Translations under genes and position numbers: made by a program
The notes under the pieces: generated by a model
Told to the model about the DNA's origin: nothing
Seen by the model: only the letters and a program-made list of their open reading frames with translations
Database searches by the model: none
Assembly (NCBI GenBank): GCA_041749475.1
Contig: JBGTBD010000067.1
Span: 6,191-70,190 of the forward strand
Reading direction: 5' to 3'
Source: Rickettsiales bacterium
GTDB taxonomy: Bacteria > Pseudomonadota > Alphaproteobacteria > Rickettsiales > UBA998
Length of the DNA stretch: 64,000 bases
Shown: positions 28,780-37,951 of the stretch, piece after piece
Layout of the letters: each line of letters starts with the position of its first letter
How positions within the stretch are numbered: the first letter of the stretch is position 1

Positions 28780-29379
28780 TTATCGCCCGCCCAGCGTGTT
28801 CAGCGCATCTGCCTGAATATTGGCGAATGCCCCGCGGAACGCGGCACTTATTGCGAGTGTCGTATTCGCATCCGCCGGCAACTGGCTTTCCAGCATGAAG
28901 CGCTTCACCGCGCGTTGACGGTTCACATCCAGCAACTCGAACGCTGCCGTGATATGCACGAAGGGCGGCAGGCCGGGTCGGTCATAGACCGCTTCGAAAT
29001 GCAGTATCTCGATGGTAAGCTGGTACTGCGCCGCCACCGCCGTATCATCCTCCCGCACGGAAGCGAACAACCCACTCCGCGCAAAACTATTCACCAATGT
29101 CGATTGCACCTGCCCGGGTAAGAACTCCGCCCAGCGTGTGCCTGCAAAATAATCACGCGTATCGGTCACATCCGTGAGCGCCACGCGGAAGGTATCGAGA
29201 TCATTCGGCGCTTGCGGATAATTGATGACGAGCGCACCATACTTTTGTTTGAATTTCGGCGGGGAGGCGAGGGGGTCCAGCACCTGCATATGTTCCCGGC
29301 CCGTATCCTTAGGCGTCGTCAGCGAGCACCCCGAAACCATGAGAGTGGCACTCAACAAAAGGGTTAAAAAAAGTTTCAT
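28780..29379 (-). CDS. ABC-transport auxiliary lipoprotein (PqiC / DUF330-like)
   Basis: Lipobox LMVSGC. About 200 aa. ATGA overlap with the MlaD-like gene upstream. Confidence 0.65.
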   Translation of the reverse strand: MKLFLTLLLSATLMVSGCSLTTPKDTGREHMQVLDPLASPPKFKQKYGALVINYPQAPNDLDTFRVALTDVTDTRDYFAGTRWAEFLPGQVQSTLVNSFARSGLFASVREDDTAVAAQYQLTIEILHFEAVYDRPGLPPFVHITAAFELLDVNRQRAVKRFMLESQLPADANTTLAISAAFRGAFANIQADALNTLGGR

Positions 29380-30128
29380 GGGAGTTTTTTCCCTTCATGC
29401 TTCTGGCCGTGGATGATGATGGAGGGGTCTTCGCGTAAGGTGCGCGCCAGCATCTTGATTTCGCGCAGCGTCGTCTTCGCTTCCACCATCACCTTGTTCA
29501 TCTCTTGTAACGACTGGCGTAAGGACGCCTGATTGTTCCCTCCCAACGCCCCGCCAATGGTATTGGCCGAGACTTCGATGGAATGGATGGTCGAATTGAC
29601 GGCCGCGATATTCTCATCGCTGAACAGTTTCTGTCCCTGTTTGGAAAGCCGCGTCAACCCGTCGATGAGCTGCGGTACGCTGGTGAACAGTTTTTCCAGC
29701 GGCGAGGGTTTGGACTGGATGACGAAATACTCCTGATCCGCCGGTTTCACCATCGCCGTGACGTTATCCCCGCCGTTATTATCCAGCGAAATGAACGATG
29801 TGCCCGTAATCCCCTGTATCTGTAACGCCGCTATGGTATCGGAACGGATAGGCGCGGTATCGACGATGTCGGCCAGTACTCGGATAAGGTCAGATCCGGT
29901 CGTTGCTTCGGCGAAATCGATATCGACGACATTACCCACCTGAATCCCCTTCAACTTCACCGGAGAGCCGAGCGACAACCCGTCAACACTGCCCTCGAAA
30001 TAGATCGCATAACGGATGTAGGTGTCCTTCGCACTATTGCCCGCAAGCCAGCCGATGAACGCGATGGCCCCGATGATGATGACGGCGGCGAATAACCCCA
30101 CCCGGAAATAATAGCGTTGCTGTTCCAT
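29376..30128 (-). CDS. MlaD/MCE-domain substrate-binding protein
   Basis: N-terminal TM anchor (VGLFAAVIIIGAIAFIGW), MCE core (GSPVKLKGIQVGNV) and a C-terminal helical region. Start taken at MEQQRYYF (30128). Confidence 0.8.
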   Translation of the reverse strand: MEQQRYYFRVGLFAAVIIIGAIAFIGWLAGNSAKDTYIRYAIYFEGSVDGLSLGSPVKLKGIQVGNVVDIDFAEATTGSDLIRVLADIVDTAPIRSDTIAALQIQGITGTSFISLDNNGGDNVTAMVKPADQEYFVIQSKPSPLEKLFTSVPQLIDGLTRLSKQGQKLFSDENIAAVNSTIHSIEVSANTIGGALGGNNQASLRQSLQEMNKVMVEAKTTLREIKMLARTLREDPSIIIHGQKHEGKKLP

Positions 30129-30133
30129 AGACT

Positions 30134-30895
30134 CTAGGTCCTTCCTTCCAGTACCGCACGGGCCCGCGGCCCGTGGAAATAATCGTGAATCCACGGATGG
30201 TCATCCTGCAAAAGTCCGGGCAGGCTGTCCACCTTGATTTTCTTATCCACCAGCACTGCCACCCGGTCGCAGATGGCAAACAGGCTGTCGAGGTCATGCG
30301 TGATCATCACCACCGCGAGATGGAGATTCTGCGACAAATCCCGAATCAGCGTATCGAACGCCGCCGCCGAGATAGGGTCAAGCCCCGCCGTCGGCTCGTC
30401 GAGGAACAGGATACGCGGGTCGAGCGCCAGCGCCCGGGCGAGGGCGGCGCGCTTCACCATCCCCCCGGAGAGTTCCGCCGGGTATTTATCCCTTGCCTCT
30501 TCCTTCAGGCCTACCAGTTCGATTTTCACTTCGGCCAGCTCATGCGCTTCTTTTTCCGTAAGGCCGGAGAATTCTAAAATAGGCAGCGCCACGTTCTCTT
30601 TGACCGTCAGGGAGGAAAACAATGCCCCCGCCTGAAACAGCACGCCCCATAGCCGTTGCATCGCCAGTTTGTCCTGCTTATCGAGCTTGGTGATGTCTTG
30701 CCCGCGGATCAGAATTTCCCCTTCATTTGGCTCATGCAACCCGATGATGGAATGCAGCAATACCGATTTGCCGCTCCCAGACCCACCAACGATGCCGAGC
30801 ACTTCCCCCTGATAGATAGACAAATCCAGCCCGTCATGCACCCGGTGTGTGCCGAACTCGTTGACCAATCCACGAATTTCGATGATCGGTTCCAT
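30134..30895 (-). CDS. MlaF-like ABC transporter ATP-binding protein
   Basis: Walker A GGSGSGKS, signature LSGGMVKRAALARAL, Walker B LFLDEPTAGLD. Confidence 0.85.
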   Translation of the reverse strand: MEPIIEIRGLVNEFGTHRVHDGLDLSIYQGEVLGIVGGSGSGKSVLLHSIIGLHEPNEGEILIRGQDITKLDKQDKLAMQRLWGVLFQAGALFSSLTVKENVALPILEFSGLTEKEAHELAEVKIELVGLKEEARDKYPAELSGGMVKRAALARALALDPRILFLDEPTAGLDPISAAAFDTLIRDLSQNLHLAVVMITHDLDSLFAICDRVAVLVDKKIKVDSLPGLLQDDHPWIHDYFHGPRARAVLEGRT

Positions 30896-32032
30896 CTATA
30901 TCCCCAATATCGTGAAGAGGATGGAGAAAGCGGCATCGGCAAGGATGACGCTGAAGATGGAAAGCACCACGGCGCGGGTGGTACGGCTGCCGACTTCCTC
31001 GGCGGAGTTCTCGACCTCGAACCCCTGCGCGCAGCCGATAAGCCCGATGAGGATGGCGAACACAGGTGCTTTCACCATGCCCACCCAGAACATATTGAAA
31101 TCCAGCACTGTATGCAGGCGATTGATGAACTGGAGGAAGGACAGATCCATCAGCATATAGGACACGAACCATGTACCGAACAGTCCCACCATATCGGCAA
31201 CGAAAGTGAGCGCCGGAAGTGCGATCAGCAACGCGATCATGCGCGGTAATACGATCAGCTCGAACGGGTCTAGCCCGAGGGTACGCAGCGCACTCACCTC
31301 CTCATTCACCTTCATCACCCCGATCTGCGCGGCGAAGGCACTGCCCGATCGCCCGGCCACCATGATAGAAGTCAGCAGCACGGCCATCTCGCGCAACACG
31401 GAAATCGCTACCAGATCCACGGTGAAGATGGTCGCGCCGAATTTCTGCAACTGGTTCGCGCCCTGATAGCCGAGCACGATGCTGATGAGGAACGACATGA
31501 GACAGATAATCGGCAAGGCCTTGATGCCGATTTCGTTGATATGGAAAGCAATGCTGCGCAATCGCCAGCGGTCAGGCCGCCAGAAATTTGCCAGTAGCGT
31601 GGTACAGAGCTGTCCGAAGAAGGCGATAAGGTCAAATACGCCATGGATTAATTCCATGGTTGATTTCCCGAGCTGTACGAAAGCCAGTGACACCGGATTG
31701 TCGATAGCGCAAGGGGAGGTGGGCTTATGCTCCACCTTGTCCATTAATTCGAGAATTTTCAGATGTTCATCCTGAAATTCGGCCTGAGCGATGGTGAACC
31801 CCTCCGCGCTGAGGCGGCGGAGCAGAGCGATGAGCGCCCAGGCGGCGGACGTATCAAGCGCAGTCAACCCTTTGCCGTTGACGACGATATCGTTCGACCC
31901 CGGTGAGAGATGATCCGCCAGTTGCTGGGTGATGGTGCGCAAATGCTCCATCGTCCACGCACCCGTCAGCGCCCATACTTCTGCGTTATCAGAAGGGGTA
32001 ACGGTGATGAAATTCTGGTCGGTCTGGTGCAT
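30896..32032 (-). CDS. MlaE-family ABC permease with N-terminal STAS-like domain
   Basis: The C-terminal ~260 aa match the MlaE permease pattern (EMAVLLTSIMVAGRSGSAFAAQIG). The N-terminal ~110 aa look like a STAS/anti-sigma-antagonist fold. Start taken at ATG 32032. Confidence 0.75.
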   Translation of the reverse strand: MHQTDQNFITVTPSDNAEVWALTGAWTMEHLRTITQQLADHLSPGSNDIVVNGKGLTALDTSAAWALIALLRRLSAEGFTIAQAEFQDEHLKILELMDKVEHKPTSPCAIDNPVSLAFVQLGKSTMELIHGVFDLIAFFGQLCTTLLANFWRPDRWRLRSIAFHINEIGIKALPIICLMSFLISIVLGYQGANQLQKFGATIFTVDLVAISVLREMAVLLTSIMVAGRSGSAFAAQIGVMKVNEEVSALRTLGLDPFELIVLPRMIALLIALPALTFVADMVGLFGTWFVSYMLMDLSFLQFINRLHTVLDFNMFWVGMVKAPVFAILIGLIGCAQGFEVENSAEEVGSRTTRAVVLSIFSVILADAAFSILFTILGI

Positions 32033-32273
32033 ATCCCTCGCGTAACTGCCGGAAACTATGCAGATTTTTACCCGCCCTGTCACATGATTTATAGGCCAGT
32101 AGCCGATTTCCATGCTTTTAATGCAACTGCACCGTCACCCGATGCTACTGGAAACGCAGGAAAATTATGCGAACGAAGCTCACCCACCGACATTTCACCC
32201 CAGAAAACTGCACAAAGCGTCAAGAAACTGTAACCTTAGCTTTCTACATCTGATGAAAAGGTACTTTAACTTC

Positions 32274-33851
32274 ATGAACGATTTCGCCTCCCGCGTGGCT
32301 CCTGATAGGGGAGTTGACCCCTCACCCACCCGTTCTCGCCGAGAGTTGCAGGATCTGCTCGCCACGCGCGTGTATATCGATGAGCCCGCACGCCTTGTAT
32401 CCAACGGATTGAGTACCGAAATCATGTGTTTTCCCAGCGACGTTCATCCACAGAACGCCCATTTGCTGCAAGAGAAAATCCGTAGTGCGATGGAATACGC
32501 CACGACCTATCGCGACATCGGCGCCCTGAATGCGTTGCTGCGCATCCCGGCCATCGAGCCCAATTTATATCTACCCCTTGGTCTCTATCTGTATCTTGCA
32601 GATGAGTGCAGCCGTCGTGGTTTGGAGAAGACATTTCTCACCGCCGCGCGTGAAGTGGGAGCGGAACGGGAACCGGAGACTCCCAAATTTATACACGTGC
32701 ATCACAGGAAAGTCGGGGAAGCGTTAAAGCTTCTGGGGATGGATGAATCACATGGGCATATACTCGATGAATGGTTCGATAAGGGCACGTTCACGGTGAA
32801 CGGTGAAGTGAATGGCGTGGACACAAATGGCGATTTAGTGGGAACCTATGCCAGGCTCGCGAGTATGATTACCCATACCCAACCCATTTTAGGGATGAAC
32901 CCCTGTATCTCTTATGCCCTAGCCAATCGCACGGCGATTGAAGGAAAAAGCCCGGAGTTTGTCCATCAACATGCAAAAAATATGCTCGAAGCAGGAACAC
33001 CACGCATCATGGAGCTTATCGAACAGGGCAATCAGATACGTGAAGCGCGGATACGCGAGAAAGTGCAAGAGACATTCCTCGAACCGCCTACAAGGGCGCC
33101 TGCAAGTACTCCAGGCTTTATCCGCAAAGTCTTGGATTACATGCCGGATGCTGCATTGGAAATGTTCTATCGCTGTGGGTACACAGTCGCCTATGCCGAC
33201 CATGAGAATATTTCCACGGTCTATCCGGCGGAGATTGTTCCCGACAAAACACCCATTCCCGGTATATCACGAGAAAGTTATGAGGTTACGCGTGTTTCCA
33301 AGGCGGCACGGCAACTGCGCTATCGGACGTTCTTTTTGTCCAATGGCGATCGGGAGAATGCGCATGATATAAAGGAAGACCCCAATCTAAGATCACAGGT
33401 GCTTGCACAGAGTATGCTGCATGAAACCATGCACATGTTTTATTCATATCTCGGAGGCGATGAGAAAAAAGAATTAGACGCGCTGTTGGAACGCGTGCAG
33501 GAAACGTTGGCAGCACAAACTCTCCCGGAAAGCTATACGACAAAACTAAAGACGATGGATTATAATACCTTATCGGAAGTTCTGGATTACACGTCAAAGA
33601 TATATCCGAACTACAGAACACCGAATGATTCCCGCCGGGAAGAGGTCTTGTGCAACGTATACGGCATGATGCATACCGAACATGCGAGTCCGGACTCGCC
33701 GCTCAGGAAGCCTCCGCCCGGACTGGAATGTGTGAAAGAGCTGGTGGACGCTATCGACCGCGCTACTCATACATCTTTAGCCAACTGCCGTAAGGAACTC
33801 CCTCAACCCTTCCCTGAAAGGATTGAGAGAGAAATGAGCCAGCGCGCCTAG
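32274..33851 (+). CDS. hypothetical protein with a single HExxH motif (HETMH)
   Basis: Long open frame with codon usage like its neighbours. No signal peptide or TM segment is visible. HETMH lies at 33420..33434. The start is uncertain (ATG 32274, 32253 or 32112). Confidence 0.6.
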   Translation: MNDFASRVAPDRGVDPSPTRSRRELQDLLATRVYIDEPARLVSNGLSTEIMCFPSDVHPQNAHLLQEKIRSAMEYATTYRDIGALNALLRIPAIEPNLYLPLGLYLYLADECSRRGLEKTFLTAAREVGAEREPETPKFIHVHHRKVGEALKLLGMDESHGHILDEWFDKGTFTVNGEVNGVDTNGDLVGTYARLASMITHTQPILGMNPCISYALANRTAIEGKSPEFVHQHAKNMLEAGTPRIMELIEQGNQIREARIREKVQETFLEPPTRAPASTPGFIRKVLDYMPDAALEMFYRCGYTVAYADHENISTVYPAEIVPDKTPIPGISRESYEVTRVSKAARQLRYRTFFLSNGDRENAHDIKEDPNLRSQVLAQSMLHETMHMFYSYLGGDEKKELDALLERVQETLAAQTLPESYTTKLKTMDYNTLSEVLDYTSKIYPNYRTPNDSRREEVLCNVYGMMHTEHASPDSPLRKPPPGLECVKELVDAIDRATHTSLANCRKELPQPFPERIEREMSQRA

Positions 33852-34174
33852 CGTTGCTTCCAGCTTCCGTCCGCCGCCTGATAGTAGCTGCCTGAGGGTA
33901 GGTTCGATATAATCTGCTCCGCCGCCAGTTTCGCGACCACGTCGGCAGGCTGTCCGTTCTCTTTCGAGATGCGTTCATATTCCTGACGGCGCTTTGCGTT
34001 CACTTGCGCCGCAACATGCTGCGCTTCCTGCGATGCCTTGACGATACCGACATAGCCGGTCGTCTGTTCGCCGACCAGCCCTTGCACGCGCGCCTGTTGC
34101 AGGTCGAGCGCGTAAGCGGGGAGGCAGAGCATGGTGATGATGGCGGCAGGGAGAATTAATTTTGAGAATGTCAT
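33848..34174 (-). CDS. ydbL: YdbL-like periplasmic protein (DUF1318)
   Basis: Signal peptide, then LQQARVQGLVGEQTTGYVG and a KRRQEYERISKENG pattern typical of YdbL. Last gene of a ydbH-ynbE-ydbL arrangement. Confidence 0.7.
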   Translation of the reverse strand: MTFSKLILPAAIITMLCLPAYALDLQQARVQGLVGEQTTGYVGIVKASQEAQHVAAQVNAKRRQEYERISKENGQPADVVAKLAAEQIISNLPSGSYYQAADGSWKQR

Positions 34175-34183
34175 AAAAACCTC

Positions 34184-34369
34184 TTAGAAAATATCGGGGT
34201 TGCTGTTGATGGACTGCTTCACGTCTTTCTCGATCTCCACCTTGATATGGTGCTCGATATTGACGTTGAGATTGATCTCGATCGGCTTATCCGGCGCTTC
34301 CACTTTCACGGTGGGAGTGCACGCCGCTGCTGCCAGAAGGAGTAAAGTAGAGTATCGCATAAAGGTCAT
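34184..34369 (-). CDS. ynbE: YnbE-like lipoprotein
   Basis: 61 aa. Lipobox LAAAAC followed by TPTVKVEAPDKPIEINLNVNIEHHIKVEIEKDV, which is very YnbE-like. Confidence 0.75.
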   Translation of the reverse strand: MTFMRYSTLLLLAAAACTPTVKVEAPDKPIEINLNVNIEHHIKVEIEKDVKQSINSNPDIF

Positions 34370-35796
34370 TTCTGTTGCTCCTGTAGTTTGAGTAATTGTT
34401 TGACGTCGTTGATGGGGAGGATGCTTTGCTGGATGAGCTGTAATACATCCCCTGTCAACGTGACCGTCAGTTTCACAAGGCGCCCATTGAACGCCTCTGG
34501 GTTTTTCCCCTCCACGGAGAGGCGGATGGCGGGTGTGTTATCTGGCCCCGATACTACCGACATTTTCAGCAAATCATACTGGAAATTACCGAGCGCCGTG
34601 CGCACCACATCCAGATTCTCATTCCCCGCACCGGGAATGGCCTCCGGCGCAATCTGCAACTGGCCTTTCTCAATGGCCTCGAACCCGCCATCCTCCAGCG
34701 CGAATATCCCGTCGATCGGATTGTAGATAATCGGCAATGTCCCGCTGACGATGCCCGTGCCTTTGATGCGCTCATCCCCCAGCGCTTCCAGCAAGGTAGC
34801 GAGTTGTACCTTTTCCAACTGCACCGGGATGCGTATAGGCTTCTTCATGCTGAGCGCGACGGAGGCATCCTTGACGCGGATTTTCCCTCCTCCCCACTCC
34901 GTCGCGAAGCTTTTGATGCGTAGCGTCCCCTGCGTCGGATCGCTCAAGGGAAGCGACAATGTAAACGCTGCTTTCTTGGTATTCTTCGCGTCCTGCGCCG
35001 TTACATTCGCGACGATATTTTTTTCCGTAACAGATGCATCCATCTTCACCGCAAGGGGAGGGATGTCCTGCTCCGCCCCGGTGATGGTCAGCTTGGGAAC
35101 AACGCCCTTGATGTGCCACGTATGGGCGGCATCATCCAATGTCGCCTGTAATGTGAGAGCGTCAGCCTTCAGTGCATACTTCCCGAACGCCCCACCCGGC
35201 TTCGTGAGGGTCAAGGTGGCTTGAGGGGTTTCCGCCATCTGCGTCGCCACCACAAAACCGGAGGAAAGCTGCAACGCTTTGCCATGGACCTTAAGAGTAC
35301 CGTCATCCACGGTGACGGAGTGTGGCAGAAGACCGCGCAAGGTCGCGGCATCGAAGAACGGGGCAAGAGCGGGCGCAGTCGCATCGGCCCCAGAATCCAT
35401 CAGCGGCTCAAGCCCGCCGATCATCCACCCGGTGTCGGTTTCTCTGATAGGAATCGTCACCTTACGCGCCGTTACTTCACGCAGCTTGCCCTTTTGCACC
35501 TCCCGCCAGTCATAGGCGGCGCTGAGTGTGTCGACGGTCAGATGATGGGTGTCACCGAGATCGATGGCCGATAGCGTTGCTCCGTTTTGTGTAAGTGTAT
35601 CGACATGCAGGCTATTGACCTTCAGGCCCATCCCCTCCAGCACCTGCACGACCTGCCGCCCGGCAAGGGATTGATAGGGGAGCTTGTCCCAGAACAGCAC
35701 GACACCACCTGCCGCACACGCAACCAACAGGAAGAATGCGGCACTGTAGCGCCACACACGGCGGCGTCGTGACGGAGAGGGAAGAGAGTCATTCAT
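34366..35796 (-). CDS. ydbH: YdbH-like AsmA-family intermembrane lipid-transport protein (short form)
   Basis: N-terminal TM anchor (YSAAFFLLVACAAGGVVLFW), then a beta-rich repetitive body. Overlaps the ynbE start. Start taken at MNDSLPSPS (35796). The call rests mostly on the conserved three-gene context. Confidence 0.6.
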   Translation of the reverse strand: MNDSLPSPSRRRRVWRYSAAFFLLVACAAGGVVLFWDKLPYQSLAGRQVVQVLEGMGLKVNSLHVDTLTQNGATLSAIDLGDTHHLTVDTLSAAYDWREVQKGKLREVTARKVTIPIRETDTGWMIGGLEPLMDSGADATAPALAPFFDAATLRGLLPHSVTVDDGTLKVHGKALQLSSGFVVATQMAETPQATLTLTKPGGAFGKYALKADALTLQATLDDAAHTWHIKGVVPKLTITGAEQDIPPLAVKMDASVTEKNIVANVTAQDAKNTKKAAFTLSLPLSDPTQGTLRIKSFATEWGGGKIRVKDASVALSMKKPIRIPVQLEKVQLATLLEALGDERIKGTGIVSGTLPIIYNPIDGIFALEDGGFEAIEKGQLQIAPEAIPGAGNENLDVVRTALGNFQYDLLKMSVVSGPDNTPAIRLSVEGKNPEAFNGRLVKLTVTLTGDVLQLIQQSILPINDVKQLLKLQEQQK

Positions 35797-35874
35797 GTAC
35801 TGCTTGTACCATACTCTACATGATACGGTCACCACACCTGTAACCTTCGCTTGAAGTGCGGCGAAATAGTATTG

Positions 35875-35902
35875 TTGCAAAATACCGACCGGTATGTATA
35901 AT
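35875..35902 (+). promoter_or_regulatory. tetR promoter with embedded operator palindrome
   Basis: TTGCAA-16 nt-TATAAT. The spacer contains aaATACCGACCGGTATgt. It shares 18 of 20 nt with the site at 36609..36628. Confidence 0.6.
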
Positions 35903-35908
35903 CACCGG

Positions 35909-36556
35909 ATGATGGTTGCTGCCGCATCGCCGAAATCCCTTATCAGTCGCCAGAATCTTCTGGAAGCGGCGATTGATCTGATATGGCAGAGCAATTACGA
36001 CCGGGTGGGCATCAACGATATATGCACTGTCGCCGGGGTAACAAAAGGCTGTTTTTACCACCATTTCGACTCAAAAGCCTCGCTTTTTCAATCGGCTGCG
36101 CTCTTTTACTGGGAGCAGACCAAAGAGCATCTGGATCGTATCTTTTCTCCCCACCACACGGCCATAGAGCAGCTACACGGCCTGTTGGGCTTCATTGTCG
36201 AAAAACATCGCACGGAACTGGAAGAGCGAGGGGTTATTTCCGGCTGTCCGTTTTTCACCTGTGGTGCACAGGCCGGGGCGGAGGAGGAGAAATTACAGGA
36301 TATCTCCATCGACATGTCAGAAAAAGTGATACGTTACAGCACAATATTAGTGCGTAACCTGCAAGAAGAGGCCTGTCTCTCCTCTCCTGCCGAACCCGCG
36401 TGGGTGGGGCGCTTGCTACATGCCTATATTCACGGGCTGGTCATGTATGCTCGTATCCACCAAGACCTTGCAACTCTTGAAAAAGATTTGTATGAGGGGG
36501 GCTATCGTTTGCTGAACGTCAAGCCAGACCTGAGGCGCATTTGCCACTCGGGGTAG
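35909..36556 (+). CDS. TetR/AcrR-family transcriptional repressor
   Basis: HTH segment NYDRVGINDICTVAGVTKGCFYHHF. The track start 35894 lies inside the predicted promoter spacer, so ATG 35909 or 35912 is preferred. Confidence 0.85.
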   Translation: MMVAAASPKSLISRQNLLEAAIDLIWQSNYDRVGINDICTVAGVTKGCFYHHFDSKASLFQSAALFYWEQTKEHLDRIFSPHHTAIEQLHGLLGFIVEKHRTELEERGVISGCPFFTCGAQAGAEEEKLQDISIDMSEKVIRYSTILVRNLQEEACLSSPAEPAWVGRLLHAYIHGLVMYARIHQDLATLEKDLYEGGYRLLNVKPDLRRICHSG

Positions 36557-36602
36557 TGGACTTTCCCTTGTAACTGCGTCATGTTGCACTGCAAATAACG
36601 CA

Positions 36603-36631
36603 TTGACAACATACCGACTGGTATGTATATA
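36603..36631 (+). promoter_or_regulatory. RND operon promoter with embedded operator palindrome
   Basis: TTGACA-17 nt-TATATA. The spacer contains the perfect 7-4-7 palindrome ACATACC-GACT-GGTATGT. Lies 52 nt upstream of the adaptor ATG. Confidence 0.65.
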
Positions 36632-36682
36632 CCAATATGCACGCAAAAAAACGCGTAATGCAAGACGAAAAGGACTCCCAGC

Positions 36683-37918
36683 ATGCCGCCACATAGAAAA
36701 GACACTCGTCGGATTTGGGTCCTCACCGGCTTAGCTATCGTCGCTATATTTGCCGTTATCTATTTCTTCACTGGAGGAAGCTCCGCACCCGGCGGCGGTC
36801 AGATGGGCATGGAAGGGCCGATGCCCGTAAATGTGCTCACCGTGCAGGAAAAAAACGTCCGTACATGGACGACCTTCTCCGGCCGTCTCGTCGCGGTCGA
36901 TAACGTCGAAATCCGCCCCCGTGTTGGCGGCGCAATTGATAAAGTATTATTCACCGAAGGCGCTATCGTCAAAAAGGGTGACCCCTTATTCCTCATCGAC
37001 CCGCGCACGTATGAAGCCGCCGTTTCCAACGCCGAAGCAGCGCTCACCTCCGCCCGCAACAATGCCATTCTCGCCGACCGGGAACAGAAACGCGGTGCAT
37101 CACTTCTCAAGAATAAATTCATTCCCGAAAGCCGGTATGACGAACGCCTAAACGCCGCCAAAGTCGCCCGCGCCAACGTACAAGCAGCAGAAGCGAATCT
37201 CCATCAGGCGAAGTTGAATCTGGAATACGCCCATATCAAAGCGCCCGTTAGCGGCCGCGTCAGCCGCGCGGAGATCACCGTCGGCAATATCGTCGAAGCG
37301 GGGCCGAATGCGCCGGTGTTGACCACCATCGTTTCCAACGCACCCATTTATGTTGATTTCGACGTCGATGAAGCGACCTATCTCAGTAGTGTGCGCACCA
37401 AGCAAAGTAGCAAGTCCGCCGACGTCCCAGTGGAGCTGGCATTGCAGTCCGACCCCGCCAATCCTTACACGGGTAGGATTCAATCCTTCGATAATCAGTT
37501 GAACCCCACCTCCGGAACGATTCGCGCCCGCGCGATTTTTGCCAATGAGGACGGCGTGCTGGTTCCGGGCATGTTCGCCGATGTACGGCTCGGCAACGCC
37601 AGTATGCAGAATGCCATCATCGTCCCCGATAAAGTCATCGGCACCGATCAGGACAAGCGCTTCGTCTACGTTGTCGGGGAGAGCAATAAAGTCGCCTATC
37701 GCCCTGTCATCCTCGGCATGGGTGCGGAAGGCGGACGCATCATCACCGAAGGCCTGAAATCCGGTGAGCGCATCGTTGTCAGCGGTCTGCAACGCATCCG
37801 ACCGGATATGGAAATTCAACCCATGGAAGGCGATAGCACGACGCCGGCTAGCTCTCCCGCCCCCGCCGCCCAAGACCAGACATCCGATGCCACGCCCGAC
37901 ACACTGGCAAAGAACTAA
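36683..37918 (+). CDS. RND efflux periplasmic adaptor (AcrA/MexA family)
   Basis: TM/lipoyl/barrel pattern: VEIRPRVGGAIDKV, LEYAHIKAPVSGRVSRAE, VPDKVIGTDQDKRFVYVV. Confidence 0.85.
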   Translation: MPPHRKDTRRIWVLTGLAIVAIFAVIYFFTGGSSAPGGGQMGMEGPMPVNVLTVQEKNVRTWTTFSGRLVAVDNVEIRPRVGGAIDKVLFTEGAIVKKGDPLFLIDPRTYEAAVSNAEAALTSARNNAILADREQKRGASLLKNKFIPESRYDERLNAAKVARANVQAAEANLHQAKLNLEYAHIKAPVSGRVSRAEITVGNIVEAGPNAPVLTTIVSNAPIYVDFDVDEATYLSSVRTKQSSKSADVPVELALQSDPANPYTGRIQSFDNQLNPTSGTIRARAIFANEDGVLVPGMFADVRLGNASMQNAIIVPDKVIGTDQDKRFVYVVGESNKVAYRPVILGMGAEGGRIITEGLKSGERIVVSGLQRIRPDMEIQPMEGDSTTPASSPAPAAQDQTSDATPDTLAKN

Positions 37919-37951
37919 TACGAATCACCCTTCTTTCACGAGCGCCTCTCG

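Noticed and set aside
28589-28898. Track ORFs running through the intergenic repeats (28589..28771, 28653..28898; also 43914..44105, 43939..44148, 44041..44250, 46315..46548, 46396..46647).
   Set aside because: They are translations of the palindromic repeat arms (…PAKAGIQ…, …LKQVQ…) joined to flanking non-coding or antisense sequence. They have no RBS and no coding signal.
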